A DNA stretch of 45,550 nucleotides from Candidatus Rokuibacteriota bacterium (lineage in GTDB: Bacteria; Methylomirabilota; Methylomirabilia; Rokubacteriales; CSP1-6): positions 1-45,550 of the forward strand of contig JACPCX010000117.1 in assembly GCA_016184305.1 (NCBI GenBank), written 5' to 3'. Below, one piece after another: positions 28,308-36,916 of the stretch. A model generated the notes under the pieces. It saw nothing but the letters and a program-made list of their open reading frames with translations. It was not told the origin of the DNA and did not search any database. The translations under genes and the position numbers were made by a program. How positions within the stretch are numbered: the stretch's first letter is position 1; each line of letters begins with the position of its first letter.

Positions 28308-29387
28308 CTATGCGTGGACGGCGATCTTCGCCTCTTCGGTCACCTCGCCGATCTCCCAGCATGGCTCCCCACGCCGAGCGAAGCCCTCGATCACGGCGCT
28401 CCGGCGCTCTCGAGGAACCGAGAAGAGGAGTCCCCCGGAGGTCTCGGCCTCGAAGAGGAGTCCAACGAGCGCCTCCGGCACCGAGGGATCGATGGCGAGC
28501 CGTCCACTCTCGCCGAGGGTGTGCTCCACGTGGCGCCGGTTGCGCTTCATGCCGCCGCTCCAGTGCCCCTTCTCGGCCAGGACCAGGGCGCCCGGGAGCA
28601 GCGGCAGGTCCTTCGCGCGCAGCGCGATGCCGGCACCGGAGGCCTCCACCATCTCGGCGGCGTGGCCGAGAAGGCCGAAGCCGGTGATGTCGGTGGCCCC
28701 GCGCACGCCCACCTCCTGCGCCACCTCCGAGGCCGCGCGGTTCAGCCGGAGCATGCTCTCGATGGCCTCGTCGAGCACCGCGGGATCGCAGGCATCCGCC
28801 TTCGCGGCGGTCGCGATCACGCCGGTCCCCAGGGGCTTGGAGAGAAACAGGCACTCGCCGGCGCGCAGCCCCCCCTTGATGAAGATCCTCGAGGGGTGCA
28901 CCCGCCCGGTGACGCACAGCCCGTACTTCGGCTCGGCATCCACCACGGTGTGGCCGCCCGCGATGACGCCACCGGCCTCGCGCACCTTGTCCGCTCCCCC
29001 GCGGAAGATGGCCGCGATGGTGTCCTGCGGGAGCTCCCGGGGGAAACCTGCCACGTTGAGGGCGAAGAGCACCTGCCCGCCCATGGCGTAGACGTCCGAC
29101 ATGGAGTTGGCCGCCGCGATGGCGCCGTAGAGGTACGGGTCGTCGACGATGGGCGGGAAGAAGTCCACGGTCTCCACCACCGCAACCTCGTCGCTGATGC
29201 GGTAGACCGCGGCGTCGTCGCTGTGCCCAAGCCCCACGAGGAGGTCGGGGGGCTCCTCCTGCTTGAGCCCCCCCAGCACGTCCCGGAGATCCCCGGGACC
29301 CATCTTGGAGGCTCAGCCAGCGCAGGCGGCATAGCTGGTGAGGCGGATCTCCTTCCCGCTGCGCGGCGCTGGCATCGGCGTGTCCAT
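28308..29387 (-). CDS. selD: Selenophosphate synthetase (selenide, water dikinase), itself a selenoprotein
   Basis: IRLTSYAACAG-U(TGA 29313-29315)-ASKMGPG in frame; DDAAVY, TVDFFPPIVDDP, SDVYAMGG, GGHT, TDITGFGLLGH, ETSGGLL. Confidence 0.95.
29280..29299 (-). promoter_or_regulatory. Candidate SECIS of selD
   Basis: GUCCCGGG-GAUC-UCCGGGAC hairpin starting 13 nt after UGA; loop starts with G, 21 nt from UGA. Confidence 0.7.
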
Positions 29388-29437
29388 GGTCTCCCTCGGC
29401 CTCGTGATGTTTGGATGCCGAGAGCGCGGGGAACGGT

Positions 29438-30340
29438 TCAGTCGCGCTCGGCCGACTCGGCATCCAGGAAGACCCGGAAGGCCTCGGCCAGCGGGGACCG
29501 GCTGCGGTCCCTGTGGGTCACCACGTGGAATGCGCGGGTCACGCTCAGGTCCTTCACGCGGAGACCCCAGAGGAGGCCGTGCCGGCACTCCTCCTCCACG
29601 GCGCGCCTGGAGAGGACCGAGATGCCGACGCCCGCCTTGACAGCTTGCTTGATGGCCTGCGTCGAGCCCATCTCCCCCACGATCCGGAAGGCATCGAGAC
29701 GCAGATCGGCGGCGGCGAGCGCCGCTTCCAGCGCCGCGCGCGTCCCCGACCCTCGCTCGCGGATCAGGAGGGGCTCGGCCCTGAGCTCCTCGAGGGTCAC
29801 CTGGGTGCGGCCGTGCCACGCATGGCCGGCAGGCACCACGACGACCTCCTCGTCGGGCATCAGCTCTCGGTACTCCACCGCCCGGTGGGGCAGGCGGGCG
29901 CCGACGACGCCGAGCTCGGCCTTCCCCTCTACCACCCAGCCCACGACGGCCTGGCTGTCGCCGATCAGGAGCGTGATGGAGATCTCGGGGTACTTGTCCT
30001 TGAAGCGGCCGATGAGGGGCGGCAGGACGTACTCGCCGGGGATCGTGCTCGCGCCGATGAGCAACCCGCCGCTCATCTTCCCCTGGAAGCTGTCCAGCGC
30101 CTGGCGCGCCTCACGCTGGAGTGCGAGCATGCGGCTCGCGTAGGAGACCAGCAGCTCTCCGGCGCGCGTCACCGCGGCCCCGCGTCCGAGGCGATCGAGC
30201 AGCCGCACTCCGAGCTCGTCCTCCAGCGTGCGGATGTGCTCCGACACCGTGGGCTGCGTGAGATGCAGGGCCTCGGCCGCCCTCGAGAACGAACCGAGCT
30301 CGGCGACCTTGACGAAGATCTCGAGCTGGCGGAGGTCCAT
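29438..30340 (-). CDS. LysR-family regulator (selenium-metabolism-associated type)
   Basis: MDLRQLE...SFSRAAEALHLTQPTVSEHI; GASTIPGEY; RERGSGTR; immediately upstream of selD. Confidence 0.88.
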   Translation of the reverse strand: MDLRQLEIFVKVAELGSFSRAAEALHLTQPTVSEHIRTLEDELGVRLLDRLGRGAAVTRAGELLVSYASRMLALQREARQALDSFQGKMSGGLLIGASTIPGEYVLPPLIGRFKDKYPEISITLLIGDSQAVVGWVVEGKAELGVVGARLPHRAVEYRELMPDEEVVVVPAGHAWHGRTQVTLEELRAEPLLIRERGSGTRAALEAALAAADLRLDAFRIVGEMGSTQAIKQAVKAGVGISVLSRRAVEEECRHGLLWGLRVKDLSVTRAFHVVTHRDRSRSPLAEAFRVFLDAESAERD

Positions 30341-30350
30341 GACGGAACTC

Positions 30351-30379
30351 AGTATAGGGGCCGCTCCGACCACTGTCCA
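30351..30379 (-). promoter_or_regulatory. Near-leaderless promoter of lysR-selD
   Basis: TGGACA-17 bp-TATACT, 10 nt before ATG. Confidence 0.65.
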
Positions 30380-30415
30380 GCCGGAGCGCGGGGACAAGCA
30401 CGAGGCCCGAGGTCC

Positions 30416-30606
30416 CCCGCAGGCCGCTCAAACAGGTCCAGATGCAAGCGGCGAGGGAGGCGACGGGCGAGGCGTACTTCGCTTGGCGAGCCGAGCCGGA
30501 GGCGAGGTGAGCGGATCCGGAGATCCGGGCGAGCGTGAGCGAGCCACGTTGAGCGAGGAGCGACCGAGCCAACGCCGCAGATGGGCCTGTTTGAGCGGCC
30601 TGCTAG
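30416..30606 (+). mobile_element. MITE-like family A copy 2 with nested family B (30485-30545)
   Basis: GCAGGCCGCTCAAACAGG...CCTGTTTGAGCGGCCTGC-TAG; terminal CTAG coincides with the lpdA stop. Confidence 0.85.
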
Positions 30607-31988
30607 CGCAACAGGCTCTCGGCGGCCTCCATGAGGCCCTCGGATAGCGTGGGATGCGCGTGGATGGTCGCGGCGACATCCTCGGCCAGGAGCGCGTTCT
30701 CGACGGCCAGCGCGCCTTCCGCGATCAGCTCTCCGGCGCCGGGCCCGACGATCCCGACGCCGAGGACCCGGCCCGAGGTCGGGTCGATCACGAGCTTCGT
30801 CAGTCCGTCCGAGCGGCCCAGCGTGGCGGCCCGGCCCGAGGCTGCCCACGCGAACTTCCCGATGCGCACCTCGCGCCCGGCCGCCTGGGCCTCATGCTCG
30901 GTCAGGCCGCACCACGCCACCTCGGGATCCGTGAAGACGACCGCCGGCACGGCTCGATTGTCGAAGGCCGCCGGGCGCCCCGCGATGGCCTCGGCCGCGA
31001 CCTTGCCCTGGCGCATGGCGCGGTGGGCCAGCATGGGCTCGCCCGTGACATCCCCCACGGCATAGATCCGCGGGTCTTCCGTCCGGCAGCGGTCGTCGAC
31101 GGGAATCACCCCGCGCGCGTCCGGGCGAACGCGCGTGGCTTCGAGCCCCAGCCCGTCGCTCTGCGCCCGGCGCCCCACGGCCATCAGCACGCGGTCGAAC
31201 ACCATGGCGGCCCGGCCCTCGATGCGCGCCTCGACGACGGCTCCGCTGTCCACGAGGCCGGCCACGCGCGCTCCCAGGTGGACCTCGGCGAACAGCTTCT
31301 CCACACGGCGGGCCAGCGGCTGGACCAGATCGCGATCGACTCCAGGCAGGAGCCCGTCCATCATCTCCACCACGGTAACCCGGCTGCCGAGGGCGGCGTA
31401 CACCGCGCCCAGCTCGAGGCCGATGTACCCGCCGCCGATCACGAGGAGTCGTTCGGGGACATCAGGCAGCTCCACCGCCGCCGTGGAGTCCATGATGCGT
31501 TCGCTGCGCGCCGCGAGGCCCGGAAGCATGGCGGGCCGCGACCCGGTGGCGACGATGGCGTGGGCGAAGCGGATCTTCTGCGGCTCGTCCCCCTCGACCC
31601 TGAGTCCGCGCGAGCTCTCGAACACGGCGCGCCCGCCGACCACGTCCACGCCCTTGCCTTTCGCCACGGCCGCCAGCCCCCGCGCGAGCCGCCCCACGAC
31701 CCGCTCCGTCTTCCATGTGCGCAGGGCATCCAGCGCGATCCGTGGCTCGCCGAAGTCCACCCCGAGCTCCCGCGCGCGCTCGGCCTCCGAGATCAGTCCC
31801 GCGACGTGCAGCAGCGCCTTGGACGGGATGCAGCCCTCGTGCAGGCAGACACCGCCGAGCCGCTTGCCGGCATCCACGACGACGGCCTCGAGCCCCAGCT
31901 CCGCGGCGCGGAAGGCCGCCGAGTACCCGCCCGGCCCCCCGCCGACCACGGCCATGTCCACCTCGCGCACGAGATCGCCCATGACCAT
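30603..31988 (-). CDS. lpdA: Dihydrolipoamide dehydrogenase
   Basis: GGGPGGY, GGVCLHEGCIPSK, GGGYIGLE, IHAHPTLSE; start 31988 or 31982. Confidence 0.95.
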   Translation of the reverse strand: MVMGDLVREVDMAVVGGGPGGYSAAFRAAELGLEAVVVDAGKRLGGVCLHEGCIPSKALLHVAGLISEAERARELGVDFGEPRIALDALRTWKTERVVGRLARGLAAVAKGKGVDVVGGRAVFESSRGLRVEGDEPQKIRFAHAIVATGSRPAMLPGLAARSERIMDSTAAVELPDVPERLLVIGGGYIGLELGAVYAALGSRVTVVEMMDGLLPGVDRDLVQPLARRVEKLFAEVHLGARVAGLVDSGAVVEARIEGRAAMVFDRVLMAVGRRAQSDGLGLEATRVRPDARGVIPVDDRCRTEDPRIYAVGDVTGEPMLAHRAMRQGKVAAEAIAGRPAAFDNRAVPAVVFTDPEVAWCGLTEHEAQAAGREVRIGKFAWAASGRAATLGRSDGLTKLVIDPTSGRVLGVGIVGPGAGELIAEGALAVENALLAEDVAATIHAHPTLSEGLMEAAESLLR

Positions 31989-32049
31989 TGAGCAGAGGAC
32001 TCCTCGCGCGGTTACCCGGGGAGACGACGCAGCATCACGGCGCGCCGCA

Positions 32050-33429
32050 TCACAGCCCCAGCAGCAGCTGGTCGGGGTGCTCGAGGCGCCGCACGATCTC
32101 CGAGGCGAAGCGGGCACCGTCGGCGCCGTCGGCCACGCGGTGGTCGAAGGTGAGCGACAGCGGCAGCATGAGGCGCGGGACGATCTGGCCCTCGCGCACG
32201 ACGGCCTCCTCCCGCGCCCGCGCCACTCCGAGAATCGCGGCCTCGGGATAGTTGATGATGGGGATGGCACCGGTCCCGCCCAGGGCGCCGATATTGCTGA
32301 TGGTGAAGGTGCCGCCGCGCAGGTCCTCGATGGTGGCCTTGCCGTCGCGCACGCGCTGGGCCAGGGCGCCCAGCTCGCGGGCGATCTCCATCACGGGCTT
32401 CCGGTCCACGTCGCGCAGCACGGGAACGATCAGCCCGCGCTCGGTGGCCACCGCCACGCCCAGATGGTGGTAGCGCTTCAGGATCAGCTCGCCGGCCGCC
32501 GCGTCGAGGCTCGCGTTGAACTGCGGATGCGCCCGGAGCGCCAGCGCCGTCGCCTCGATGAGGAAGCTTGTGAGGGTGAGCGTCACGCCTTGCTCACGAG
32601 CGGCCTCCAGGTTCCGGCGAATGAGAGCGTCGAGCTCCGTGATGTCCGCGCGATCGAAGTGGGTGACATGCGGGACCTGGGTGGCGGACAGCGTCATGCG
32701 GTCGGCGATGGTGCGCCTCAGATGCGAGAGCGGGGCGCGCTCCACCGGCCCCCACCGCTCGAAGGCCGGCAGCGGCGGGGGCTCGAGGCCGACCGTGGCG
32801 AGCGGCTTCGCCGCGGGGCGCGCGGGGGCGGGCGAGGGTCCGCCTCCGGCTGCGGCTCGCTCCCTCGCTCCGCTCGGGGATTCTCCATCTCCGCTCGCCT
32901 CGCCTCCGGCTGCGGCTCGCTCCCTCGCTCCGCTCGGGGATTCTCCATCTCCGCTCGCCTCGCCTCCGGCTGCGGCTCGCACATCCACTTCGGTGACGCG
33001 GCCCGCGGCGCCGGTGCCTCGCACGCCACGGAGATCCACGCCCAGCTCGCGGGCGAGGCGCCTCGTCGCAGGTGTCGCGGGAACGGGTGCCCCATCGTGC
33101 GCGGGCGCGGCCGCAGCTTCGCGGGTCGCCGCACCCGTGGGCCCGAGCCCCGGGGCCGGCGGCGCCTGAGCGGGGCGGCCAGCCACCTCGTCCGCGTCGG
33201 CGAAGGTGACGAGGACCTCGCCGACCCTGACCGTCTGGCCCGGCCGCACGTGGATCTTCTCGATCCGGCCCGCCATCGGCGAGGGAATCTCGACCTGCGC
33301 CTTGTCGGTCTCGACCTCCAGGAACGGGGCGTCCTCGCGGATCAGGTCACCCTCGGCGACCAGCACCGTGACGATCTCGGCCTCGGTGAGGCCCTCTCCC
33401 AGATCGGGCAGCACGAATCGCCGCGCCAT
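32050..33429 (-). CDS. pdhC: 2-oxoacid dehydrogenase E2 (dihydrolipoamide acyltransferase)
   Basis: LPDLGEG...ETDKA lipoyl domain; ATPATRRLARELGVDL; DHRVADG. Confidence 0.92.
   Translation of the reverse strand: MARRFVLPDLGEGLTEAEIVTVLVAEGDLIREDAPFLEVETDKAQVEIPSPMAGRIEKIHVRPGQTVRVGEVLVTFADADEVAGRPAQAPPAPGLGPTGAATREAAAAPAHDGAPVPATPATRRLARELGVDLRGVRGTGAAGRVTEVDVRAAAGGEASGDGESPSGARERAAAGGEASGDGESPSGARERAAAGGGPSPAPARPAAKPLATVGLEPPPLPAFERWGPVERAPLSHLRRTIADRMTLSATQVPHVTHFDRADITELDALIRRNLEAAREQGVTLTLTSFLIEATALALRAHPQFNASLDAAAGELILKRYHHLGVAVATERGLIVPVLRDVDRKPVMEIARELGALAQRVRDGKATIEDLRGGTFTISNIGALGGTGAIPIINYPEAAILGVARAREEAVVREGQIVPRLMLPLSLTFDHRVADGADGARFASEIVRRLEHPDQLLLGL
32841..32980 (-). repeat. 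Perfect 60-bp tandem repeat (2.33 units) of family B inside pdhC
   Basis: 32841-32900 equals 32901-32960, plus a 20-bp partial unit; encodes RAAAGGEASGDGESPSGARE twice. Confidence 0.95.
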
Positions 33430-33443
33430 GGTCTTGTCCTTAT

Positions 33444-33474
33444 CCGCTCGCCTCGCCTGCGGCTGCGGCTCGCC
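33444..33474 (-). repeat. Short family B copy between pdhB and pdhC
   Basis: GGCGAGCCGCAGCCGCAGGCGAGGCGAGCGG. Confidence 0.8.
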
Positions 33475-33476
33475 CT

Positions 33477-34457
33477 TCAATAGGCCAGCGTCTCGCGGCA
33501 GGCGGCCGCGACGCGCGCCGCGTCCGGGATGTGCACCCACTCGCGGGCGAAGCCCACGAAGGGAACGTCGTAGGCCGTCACGCGGCGCACCGGCGCCTCC
33601 AGGGACAGGAAGGCCCCCTCCATGATGCTGGCGGCGATCTCGGCCCCGGGGCCGAAGCTCCTCGAAGCCTCATGCACGACCACCGCGCGGCCGGTTTTCT
33701 GGACGGAGGCACTGAGGGTCTCGCGGTCGAGCGGCGAGACGGTGAGGAGGTCGATGACCTCCACCTCGACGCCATCCTCCTCCCGCAGCACCCCGGCGGC
33801 CTCGCGCGCGACGCGCAGCATGGCTCCGTAGGCGATGAGCGTGAGGTCCCGTCCCTCCCGGTCGATCCGGGCGCGCCCGATGGGCATGGTCTCGATCTCG
33901 TCCGGCACCTCTTCCTTGGCGGCGTGGTAGAGCGCCTTGGACTCGAAGAAGATGACGGGATCCGGGTCGCGGATAGCGCTGGCCAGGAGCGCGCGCGCAG
34001 TGCGCGGCCCCGAGGGGATCACCATCTTGAGACCGGGAATGTGGGCGTAGAACTGCTCCTCGCTCTCGGTGTGATGTTCGAGGGCCCGCACCCCGCCGCC
34101 ATAGGGCATCCGCAGCACCATCTGGCAGTGGAAGCGCCCCTGGGAGCGCGCCCGGTAGCGGGCCGCGTGGTTCTCGATCTGGTGGAAGCACTGGAAGGCG
34201 AAGCCCGAGAACTGGATCTCGCAGATCGGCTTGAGCCCGTACAGCGCCATGCCCACCGCGGTCCCGATGATCGCGGCCTCCGCCAGCGGGCTGTCGATCA
34301 CGCGGGTGCCTCCGAACTGACGGTGGAGATCCTCCGTGACGCGGAAGACGCCGCCGTCCACCCCCACGTCCTCGCCGATGATCACCACCCCGTCGTCGCG
34401 CTCCATCTCCTGGAGCAGGGCGAGGTTCAGCGCCTTGACCATGTTCAGCTTGCCCAT
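33477..34457 (-). CDS. pdhB: 2-oxoacid dehydrogenase E1 beta
   Basis: GEDVGVDGGVFRVT, DSPLAE, EIQFSGF, EHHTES. Confidence 0.93.
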   Translation of the reverse strand: MGKLNMVKALNLALLQEMERDDGVVIIGEDVGVDGGVFRVTEDLHRQFGGTRVIDSPLAEAAIIGTAVGMALYGLKPICEIQFSGFAFQCFHQIENHAARYRARSQGRFHCQMVLRMPYGGGVRALEHHTESEEQFYAHIPGLKMVIPSGPRTARALLASAIRDPDPVIFFESKALYHAAKEEVPDEIETMPIGRARIDREGRDLTLIAYGAMLRVAREAAGVLREEDGVEVEVIDLLTVSPLDRETLSASVQKTGRAVVVHEASRSFGPGAEIAASIMEGAFLSLEAPVRRVTAYDVPFVGFAREWVHIPDAARVAAACRETLAY

Positions 34458-35590
34458 CGGCTCGTCTTCCTCTGGCCGCGCATGGGCGTCGGCAGCGGGC
34501 GCTCCTCGTCCACCGGGCGCGGCGGATCGGCGCCCAGCCGCTCGCGGAGCTCGGCGCGCTCCGCCTCCAGGTGTGCCGGCCGCTCCGCGAAGACGTGATC
34601 GAAGATGGTCAGGGGATCGGCTTCCGCCATCGTCTCGAAGCGCTCCACGGCCCGGGCGATCTCCGCGTCCACCTGCGCCTCGAGGCCATCGTCCAGCAGG
34701 TTCTTCTTCTCGAGGTAGGCGCGCGCCCGGGGGAGCGGGTCCTTCCGCTCCCACGCCTTCACTTCCTCGTCGGAGCGGTAGCGCGTGGGATCGTCGGCGG
34801 TGGTGTGCACGCCCAGCCGGTAGGTCACGCACTCGATGAGCGTGGGGCCCTCCCCGTCGCGCGCCCGCGCCACGGCCTCGCGGCTCGCCGCGTACACCGC
34901 CAGGAGGTCGTTGCCGTCCACCTGGATGCCGGGGAAGCCGTAGCCGAGAGCCTTCTGTGCCAGCGTGGCCGAGTGCGTCTGCTTCTTCAGCGGCAGGGAG
35001 ATCGCCCACTGGTTGTTCTGGACGACGAACACGGCGGGCACGTGCCAGACCCCCGCGAAGTTCAGCGCCTCGTGGAAGTCCCCCTCTGAGGTCGCCCCGT
35101 CCCCGCAATAGGCCATGACGACCACGTCGTCGCCGCGATACTGGGCGGCATAGGCAAGCCCCACCGCATGAGGGAGCTGGGTGGCCACGGGGATCGTGAT
35201 CGGCAGGTCGTGCTGGTCCGGCGCGGGCTGGCCGCCCTCGAGCCGCCCGGCGAAGAGGCAGAGCAGCTTCTCGATGGGCCAGCCCCGCCAGAGCATGGCC
35301 GCCGTCTCGCGGAAGGACGGGACCATCCAGTCCGTGTTGCGGAGGGCGAAGATGCTCCCGATCTGCGCCGCCTCCTGCCCCTTGATCGGGGCGAAGGTGC
35401 CGATCCGGCCCTGGCGCTGAAGCCGGACCATCCGCTCGTCGAGGCGGCGGCCCAGCACCATGGCACGGTACAGGCGCTTGAGGTCATCCGGCGGGATGTC
35501 GGGCTCGAGGGCCGTGTCGAGATTGCCCTCGCTATCGAGGATGGACAGGTACTCGATCGTGAACCGGGGCTCGATCGGCGTCCTCGGCAT
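34445..35590 (-). CDS. pdhA: Pyruvate dehydrogenase E1 alpha
   Basis: LQRQGRIG, GDGATSEGDFHE...NN (TPP motif), HTTADDPTRYR. Confidence 0.92.
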   Translation of the reverse strand: MPRTPIEPRFTIEYLSILDSEGNLDTALEPDIPPDDLKRLYRAMVLGRRLDERMVRLQRQGRIGTFAPIKGQEAAQIGSIFALRNTDWMVPSFRETAAMLWRGWPIEKLLCLFAGRLEGGQPAPDQHDLPITIPVATQLPHAVGLAYAAQYRGDDVVVMAYCGDGATSEGDFHEALNFAGVWHVPAVFVVQNNQWAISLPLKKQTHSATLAQKALGYGFPGIQVDGNDLLAVYAASREAVARARDGEGPTLIECVTYRLGVHTTADDPTRYRSDEEVKAWERKDPLPRARAYLEKKNLLDDGLEAQVDAEIARAVERFETMAEADPLTIFDHVFAERPAHLEAERAELRERLGADPPRPVDEERPLPTPMRGQRKTSRWAS

Positions 35591-35627
35591 GGCGTTGCCC
35601 CTGTCTCAGCGCCGGCGCGCGATGCCC

Positions 35628-35842
35628 CTAGCAGGCTGCTGAAAAACCCGCAGGCTGCTCAAAAAGGTCCAGATGCGAGGCGGCGCCCGACGGCCGCACG
35701 CGAGACGTACTCCGCTTGGCGAGCCGAGCCGGAGGCGAGGCGAGCGGACCCGGAGATCCGGGCGAGCGTGAGCGAGCCACGTTGAGCGTGCGGCTGAGGA
35801 CGCCGTACCTCCGCAGATGGGCCTTTTTCAGCGGCCTGCTAG
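35628..35842 (+). mobile_element. MITE-like family A copy 3, doubled left end, nested family B (35718-35778)
   Basis: CTAG-CAGGCTGCTGAAAAA-ccc-GCAGGCTGCTCAAAAAGG...CCTTTTTCAGCGGCCTG-CTAG; CTAG at both ends. Confidence 0.88.
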
Positions 35843-36051
35843 TGGCAGCTGCATCCACCGCCCCCACAACAGCCGCCGGCGGACGGCCCCGCCGAGCCGG
35901 CGAGCCGGCTCTCCGTCTTGGCGCCGAAGAGCGAGAGGAGACGCATCACCTGCGGGCTGCCGCATGACGGGCAGGCCACGACCGCGCGCGCGTCCACCAG
36001 CTTCTCGAACTCGCTCTCGCAAGCCCGGCACCGGTACTCGTAGATGGGCAC
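35839..36051 (-). CDS. FmdB-family zinc-ribbon protein
   Basis: MPIYEYRCRAC...CPSCGS; Cys/Gly-rich tail. Confidence 0.9.
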   Translation of the reverse strand: MPIYEYRCRACESEFEKLVDARAVVACPSCGSPQVMRLLSLFGAKTESRLAGSAGPSAGGCCGGGGCSCH

Positions 36052-36054
36052 CTC

Positions 36055-36255
36055 TTACTCCCCTCCGCGCTGGACGTAGCTCTTGACGAACTCCTCGGCG
36101 TTCTCCTCGAGGATGTCGTCGATCTCGCCCAGGAGACTGTCCAGATCTTCCTTGATCTTCTTGCCCTTCTTGGCGAGCTCCGCGCTGCCTGCCGCGGCGT
36201 CGTCGCCCTCCGGGGGCTTGGTGGGCCTCGTCTCCTTCTTCTTCTGCTCAGCCAT
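36055..36255 (-). CDS. pup: Prokaryotic ubiquitin-like protein Pup
   Basis: LDSLLGEIDDILEENAEEFVKSYVQRGGE; disordered N-terminus; GGAGG RBS. Confidence 0.92.
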   Translation of the reverse strand: MAEQKKKETRPTKPPEGDDAAAGSAELAKKGKKIKEDLDSLLGEIDDILEENAEEFVKSYVQRGGE

Positions 36256-36301
36256 GGGACCGTTCACCTCCTGGCCTCCCGGAAGAGGCCGGCACCGGGG
36301 C

Positions 36302-36853
36302 CTAGACCGTGGGGAGCACGATCCCCTGCTGGCCCTGGTATTTCCCCTGCCGGTCGGCGTACGACGTCTGGCAGGCTTCGTCAGACTCGAAGAAGAGGAC
36401 CTGGGCGATACCCTCGTTGGCGTAGATCTTGGCGGGAAGCGGCGTGGTGTTGCTGATCTCCAGCGTCACGAACCCCTCCCACTCGGGCTCGAAGGGCGTC
36501 ACGTTGGTGATGATGCCGCAGCGAGCGTACGTGGACTTCCCCACGCTGATCGTGAGCACGTTGCGCGGGATCTTGAAGTACTCGACCGACCGCCCCAGGG
36601 CGAAGGAGTTCGGGGGGATGATGCACACCTCGCCCTGAAAATCCACGAAGGAGCGCGGGTCGAACGCCTTGGGATCCACGATGGTGTTGTTGATGTTGGT
36701 GAAGATCTTGAACTCGTCCGAGATCCGCAGGTCGTACCCGTACGAGGACACGCCGTACGAGATCATGCCCGCGCGGACCTGCCTGTCCCCGAATGGCTTG
36801 ATCATGTCGTGCTCGAGGGCCATCCGCGTGATCCACCGATCACTCTTGATCAA
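36302..36853 (-). CDS. dcd: dCTP deaminase
   Basis: [37 protein letters not shown]; upstream TTGACT-18 bp-TACCAT. Confidence 0.95.
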   Translation of the reverse strand: MIKSDRWITRMALEHDMIKPFGDRQVRAGMISYGVSSYGYDLRISDEFKIFTNINNTIVDPKAFDPRSFVDFQGEVCIIPPNSFALGRSVEYFKIPRNVLTISVGKSTYARCGIITNVTPFEPEWEGFVTLEISNTTPLPAKIYANEGIAQVLFFESDEACQTSYADRQGKYQGQQGIVLPTV

Positions 36854-36916
36854 CGATCGGCCCTCCGCTCCGTGCTCATGGGTGGATGGTACTCACGCCT
36901 CGGAGGAGGAGTCAAG

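Noticed and set aside
30428..30679. Small ORFs reading RPLKQAHLRR / RLLKNPQAAQK (also near 24800-24920 and 35628-35867)
   Set aside because: Translations of the MITE, not independent genes
32841..32980. Possible CRISPR array
   Set aside because: Units are fully identical with no unique spacers, lie in frame in pdhC, and no cas genes are present
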